This document shows, in pieces, positions 59,240 to 64,000 of a stretch of DNA of 64,000 nucleotides. Each line of letters opens with the position of its first letter. The first letter of the stretch is position 1. The position numbers and the translations under genes are program-made. A model generated the notes under the pieces. That model did no database searches. It saw only the letters and a program-made list of their open reading frames with translations, and was not told where the DNA came from. The DNA is taken from NCBI GenBank assembly GCA_036253495.1, contig GCA_036253495.1_4125.1; one strand, written 5' to 3'. Source of the DNA: a phage.

Positions 59240-61525
59240 ATGAATTTAACACAGCTATTCAAAAGCAGCGACGACCTTGCAACCTCTATGGGTCATACTT
59301 TCTTGACAATCGATCACATCAGTGCTACAGTGCTGACAGTGGATAGCATTATTGATGTATTTGGGACAATGAACGTTGACGCAACGAAAGTGCGTGATCG
59401 CTTGATTGAATATCTGAAAAATACCAATGTTCCACACGCACCACGCAGCACTATGGGGGAAGAAGTTAATCGCACTACACTAATCGTCAATCGTGTAATG
59501 CAAGAACTATCTAAGAAATCTGTCATCGAACAACTCAAACGTGACGATTTCTCAATTGATGCATTCTTTGTACTGTTTGAATGTTTGTCATTCCCAAACA
59601 CTGCATTAGAAGCAGCATTGTTGGAAGAGGGTGTAACTCGTACTGAAGCGGCCCGTACTCTTCAGAAATATGTAGAATCTCTTGATTCTGAAATTAACCT
59701 ACAAAGCATCGCTGATGAACCTACTGGGGAGAAAAAGGTGGCTCAACAACAACCTGCATCAAAACAGAAATCAATCGAAGATTACACGACCAACCTAACA
59801 CAGTTGGCTAAAGATGGTAAACTGGACCCAATGATTGGTCGTCAAAAAGAACTGGATGCACTAATTGAAACTCTGGCTCGTAAAACTAAGAAGAATGCTA
59901 TTCTGACTGGTGAAGCTGGTGTTGGTAAAACTCAGATTGTTGACGGTCTAGCACAAGCCATTGTTGATGGTAATGTACCAGAACATCTACAAAACATTGA
60001 GATTTTATCTCTTAACGTTGGTGCACTAACTGCTGGTACTAAGTATCGTGGTGAATTCGAAGAACGTATTGATAATCTTCTCAAAGAACTGAAGAAACGT
60101 GAAAATACAATCGTGTTCATTGACGAAATCCATATCATGGTAGGTGCAGGTTCTGCAAGCAACGGTTCAATGGATATGAGTAACATGTTGAAACCAGCAC
60201 TATCTCGTGGTGAGATTCGTGTAATCGGTGCAACTACTTATGATGAATATCGTAAAAACATCGAGAAAGATAGTGCATTGACTCGTCGTTTCATGAAAAT
60301 TGACGTAGTTGAGCCAACTATTGAAGAAACTCGTGCGATTGTAAATGGTCTGCAAGGTACATATGAGAAATTCCATAACGTAACTTTCAGTACTGAAGCA
60401 ATGGATGCGATTGTGTCTTTGAGTGATAAGTTCCTGAAGAACAAACACTTCCCAGACAAAGCAATCGACCTTATGGATGCAGCAGCAGCTAAGAAACGTT
60501 CACGCGACGAATCTGATAATGTGATTTCACTACGCACAATTCAAGAAGTTGTTGCGGGAATTGCAAACTTGGATATCAACGTAGTAGCTTGTACTGAAAC
60601 TGAACGTATGAAGTCACTACCAGCAGCACTTCGTAGTCGTGTATTCGGTCAAGAAGAAGCAGTGGAGAAATTGGTTGATAACGTAATGGTTGCACGTGCA
60701 GGACTTCGTGAGAAAGCAAGTGTTCAGGGTGCATTCATGTTTGTCGGTCCGTCTGGTACTGGTAAAACTGAAATCACTAAAGCACTAGCCGATGCAATGG
60801 GTTCTGAACTGATTCGCTTCGATATGTCTGAATTTTCACAAGAACATACCGTTGCAAAACTAATTGGTTCACCTCCTGGCTATGTTGGTCACGATACTGG
60901 TAATGGTCTGCTACTCGACAAAATTGAGCAATTCCCGAATGCAGTTCTACTGCTGGACGAAATTGAAAAAGCACACCCTAAAGTACTGCTAACCTTCCTA
61001 CAGGTTCTGGATGAAGGCCACCTAACTGGTTCACAGGGTAAAACTGTATACTTTAACAACGTAACAGTTATTATGACAACCAACTTGGGTGCAGCAGATG
61101 CAAATAAACGTAGTCTGGGTTTGAGTGGTGGTGAAACAGCACAGGAGAAGGCAGTGAAAGCTTTCCTACCACCTGAATTCCTAAACCGTATCGATAGCAT
61201 CGTGAAGTTTAATGAGCTATCCGGTGAAGCTATCCAGAGCGTTATTGATAAGTTCATGGCTGGTCTAAATGAGCAAATCAAAGAGCGTGGCGTGAAAGTT
61301 ACACTGACTAAAGCGGCTCGTGAATGGTTAGAAGCAAATGGTGTTCAGCCTGGAATGGGTGCACGTCCAATGAAACGTACAATCGAGCAGAACATCCGTG
61401 TTCCTCTGGCTAAAGAAATGCTATGCGGCTCACTGGTAAATGGTGGTAACGTAACATTTGATGTGATTAACGGAAAGTTGGGTATCAAACCAAAACGTCA
61501 AGTTAAAACCCCATCTGTAGTGTAA
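59240..61525 (+). CDS. ClpA/ClpB-family two-domain AAA+ unfoldase
   Basis: D1 Walker A GEAGVGKT with Walker B VFIDEIH; D2 Walker A GPSGTGKT with LLLDEIEKAH; Clp N-domain-like N-terminus. Confidence 0.8.
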   Translation: MNLTQLFKSSDDLATSMGHTFLTIDHISATVLTVDSIIDVFGTMNVDATKVRDRLIEYLKNTNVPHAPRSTMGEEVNRTTLIVNRVMQELSKKSVIEQLKRDDFSIDAFFVLFECLSFPNTALEAALLEEGVTRTEAARTLQKYVESLDSEINLQSIADEPTGEKKVAQQQPASKQKSIEDYTTNLTQLAKDGKLDPMIGRQKELDALIETLARKTKKNAILTGEAGVGKTQIVDGLAQAIVDGNVPEHLQNIEILSLNVGALTAGTKYRGEFEERIDNLLKELKKRENTIVFIDEIHIMVGAGSASNGSMDMSNMLKPALSRGEIRVIGATTYDEYRKNIEKDSALTRRFMKIDVVEPTIEETRAIVNGLQGTYEKFHNVTFSTEAMDAIVSLSDKFLKNKHFPDKAIDLMDAAAAKKRSRDESDNVISLRTIQEVVAGIANLDINVVACTETERMKSLPAALRSRVFGQEEAVEKLVDNVMVARAGLREKASVQGAFMFVGPSGTGKTEITKALADAMGSELIRFDMSEFSQEHTVAKLIGSPPGYVGHDTGNGLLLDKIEQFPNAVLLLDEIEKAHPKVLLTFLQVLDEGHLTGSQGKTVYFNNVTVIMTTNLGAADANKRSLGLSGGETAQEKAVKAFLPPEFLNRIDSIVKFNELSGEAIQSVIDKFMAGLNEQIKERGVKVTLTKAAREWLEANGVQPGMGARPMKRTIEQNIRVPLAKEMLCGSLVNGGNVTFDVINGKLGIKPKRQVKTPSVV

Positions 61526-61533
61526 AAAGAAAA

Positions 61534-61559
61534 GGAGAGCCATTGGCTCTCCTTTTTTT
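61534..61559. terminator. bidirectional rho-independent terminator
   Basis: ggagagcc-att-ggctctcc hairpin followed by TTTTTTT. Confidence 0.65.
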
Positions 61560-61560
61560 G

Positions 61561-63951
61561 TTATTGAATATTCAATAGATTTTCGATATCAGTTCCAGTA
61601 ATTGACAATCCATTTCTGAATGTATCTAATGGAATTGGTGGATAGAAGTTTTGATATTGAGTAAACTTATCAATGCTCCCCAAGTTCAATCCATTAAAGC
61701 TATAAGACGTTCCTTTAGTAAAATTATGTTCCGCACTATACATGACACCACGTAATAGACGGTCAGTGTTTCTTACCTGAACCTTCTCATATCCAACCAC
61801 AATAATATCATCATTCTGTGCCGCAGCACCTGACAGTACTGAATCAGTAATGATATATGGGCTTATTGAACGAGGTTTAGCAACATAAGTGATTGCCTCA
61901 TCTTCAACGGTTGTAATGTTAATTACACTACATCCTACTTCTTTGATGAACGTGTTATTGACCACAGGTTGTGCATACTGCCACACGCGATCATAACTTA
62001 GTACTGGTTGAATAACATCAACATCGTATTCAAATACAGTGATTTCAATACCATCAGTCATTTTAGCTCGTACTAGTTCACCCAGGACACCTTTACCAGA
62101 GATTGGCTGATTGTAACCATTATCAATTGTAATACCATCAACTTCAAAAATCTCATTGGAAACTAACCACAAATCAATTTCATCAGGTGTGATACCATCA
62201 TTGAATTTACCACCATATAATGTTTCGTCATAGAATACTTCATAGTTCAATGCATGTATACTGTAATGACGATTATTTTCATATAGTTTAAGTCCATTGT
62301 CATCAAACTCAGGGTCTTGGAAAGTGCGGATTCTAACTAAGTTCATTGATAATGTATAAAAACGCTCATTACTTTCACGCTTAGTTATACTATCAAACAT
62401 TAACACTACACCATTACTATCAACCAACTCTACGTTACCATTACCCAATACACGTACTGTGTATAGTTTTGGTTTTTTAGAGGATTGGATTTTACTAGCA
62501 CTTAATATAGTTACCCAGTTACCGTCTTGGAATCGTACATAATCTTCACCATCTGGCGTGAAAATCATAACCTTATCACCATCTTTCAAACCTTCATCGT
62601 GAACTTTGATTTCAGTAATTGTTTTAATTTCTGAAATTGGGAAGAAGTATTTTTCAGATTCTTTGAACACATCTTTACCCATATTCTCAATAACAATATC
62701 ATATGATGGAATACTTACAACTGCTTCTGACATATTGTAAGGGTTTTGTACGATCATACCCTCAATCTGGAATCTACTTGTGTCTTTTAATTGCTCTTGA
62801 GCAACTTCATCGAAACCGTAACCATCAACAGTGAAACGTAATTGTGCCATTGTTCTTCCTGATGGGTTTAGTTCAGAAATGTCGATGATATAAGGATCAA
62901 TCTCACTATCTTTAACTTCCCATTTAATGGATTTGGTTTGTGATTCCAATGCCAAGTTATCGAATGCATTCATATCATTGAAATATTTTGCAGTATTGAT
63001 ACTTTCCAGTACTTCAACATATGCAGAATACATTGGATTATTCTGGTCTTGTGGTAAATCATTTAAATCAATTTCAGCCAATACAACTGATTCTCCGGTT
63101 GTTATGAATAAGTCTTCCATGAAATCAGATATGCTGTAACTTTCAGGAATCGGTAGATATTCACCTGCCGCATTCACAACATACACATATTTCCTTGGCA
63201 TCATAACAAAAGCATACTTATCAACTGCACGATTACTTAAGATTTCTCTAGCAACATAATAATGATCTAGAATATTCTTATTAAATGTTTGTCGCATTGC
63301 AGATAACACATGAACGGTATCAGAATAATAACGGTCATTTAATGTGGTATCATACTTGTAGCAATAAACACCATATTCTATCTCTAGTATATTACGAACT
63401 TGGTCTTCATTAGTAAACTCAGGGTGATTTTTCTTGATCATATCGACATATTTTTCATATAGTTCAATACTAATCTCAAAATAACCATAGTTGTAATCAC
63501 TACTTGCACTGAACCCAAAAGGTAGGCGAGTATTAGGATTATCATTATAGTTCGTACCCTTAAATGGACAACCAATCTCATTAGAAACCATGTCATCAGA
63601 TATATTCTTAAACATTTTCACACGAGTTGCTAATGTATTGTATTGAATATATTTCTTAACGTCTTCTAAAATGTTACTGTTGTTTGTATCAGTAGTTACC
63701 TGCTCCAAATCAGCAGTAAATTGGTCAGTCATTGCAATATCAGTTGAATGGGCTTTATACCATGCATCAATTCCTTTAATGACACCATTACTAATATCCA
63801 AATCTGAATATTTGGTAGTCATTTCAATACCAATCTGTGAAATTAAGGTATTATTATCATATTCAGGGAATGTATAAACATATCTCTGTAATTCATAATC
63901 ATTTCCTATATCCGAAGCATTAGATTGATACTTACTATTGGTTGATTTCAA
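61561..63951 (-). CDS. hypothetical large protein (possibly structural)
   Basis: 796-aa ORF; no motif recognised. Confidence 0.5.
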   Translation of the reverse strand: MKSTNSKYQSNASDIGNDYELQRYVYTFPEYDNNTLISQIGIEMTTKYSDLDISNGVIKGIDAWYKAHSTDIAMTDQFTADLEQVTTDTNNSNILEDVKKYIQYNTLATRVKMFKNISDDMVSNEIGCPFKGTNYNDNPNTRLPFGFSASSDYNYGYFEISIELYEKYVDMIKKNHPEFTNEDQVRNILEIEYGVYCYKYDTTLNDRYYSDTVHVLSAMRQTFNKNILDHYYVAREILSNRAVDKYAFVMMPRKYVYVVNAAGEYLPIPESYSISDFMEDLFITTGESVVLAEIDLNDLPQDQNNPMYSAYVEVLESINTAKYFNDMNAFDNLALESQTKSIKWEVKDSEIDPYIIDISELNPSGRTMAQLRFTVDGYGFDEVAQEQLKDTSRFQIEGMIVQNPYNMSEAVVSIPSYDIVIENMGKDVFKESEKYFFPISEIKTITEIKVHDEGLKDGDKVMIFTPDGEDYVRFQDGNWVTILSASKIQSSKKPKLYTVRVLGNGNVELVDSNGVVLMFDSITKRESNERFYTLSMNLVRIRTFQDPEFDDNGLKLYENNRHYSIHALNYEVFYDETLYGGKFNDGITPDEIDLWLVSNEIFEVDGITIDNGYNQPISGKGVLGELVRAKMTDGIEITVFEYDVDVIQPVLSYDRVWQYAQPVVNNTFIKEVGCSVINITTVEDEAITYVAKPRSISPYIITDSVLSGAAAQNDDIIVVGYEKVQVRNTDRLLRGVMYSAEHNFTKGTSYSFNGLNLGSIDKFTQYQNFYPPIPLDTFRNGLSITGTDIENLLNIQ

Positions 63952-64000
63952 CTCATCAATTGTATAATTACTATCATACGGGTCACATTGAATATTATCA

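Overview
This window is a gene-dense, AT-rich segment of a large tailed-phage (myovirus-like) genome, probably from a Gram-negative host given the separate i-spanin and o-spanin lipoprotein pair. All calls are from reading the sequence and ORF track by eye; no searches or folding were run. Layout: 1.6-23.5 kb is mostly + strand early/auxiliary genes (tandem paralog family, nucleotidyltransferase plus ACP-like pair, spanins, HNH endonuclease, thymidine kinase, 2H phosphoesterase, LysM/lysozyme-like protein, CCA-adding enzyme, Nudix, NrdC-like glutaredoxin, macro-domain protein, dNMP kinase). 23.6-34.7 kb is a + strand tail module (contractile sheath, tube-like paralogs, PD-(D/E)xK nuclease, acidic proteins). 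35-40.6 kb holds a MoxR-type AAA+ ATPase with a VWA/HExxH partner and thymidylate synthase. 40.6-59.1 kb is mainly - strand fibre, tailspike and structural genes, including an 1847-aa repetitive fibre. 59.2-61.5 kb is a ClpA-like two-domain AAA+ unfoldase. The most unusual signals are a strong over-representation of the palindrome CAGTACTG (extended TTCAGTACTGAA, seven perfect copies) and a promoter-to-terminator bounded, ORF-free, GC-elevated ~540 nt locus at 7.5-8.05 kb that may be a structured ncRNA. There are also a family of consensus extended -10 promoters, two apparent frameshifts, and several tandem duplications. No tRNA, rRNA or CRISPR array was seen.
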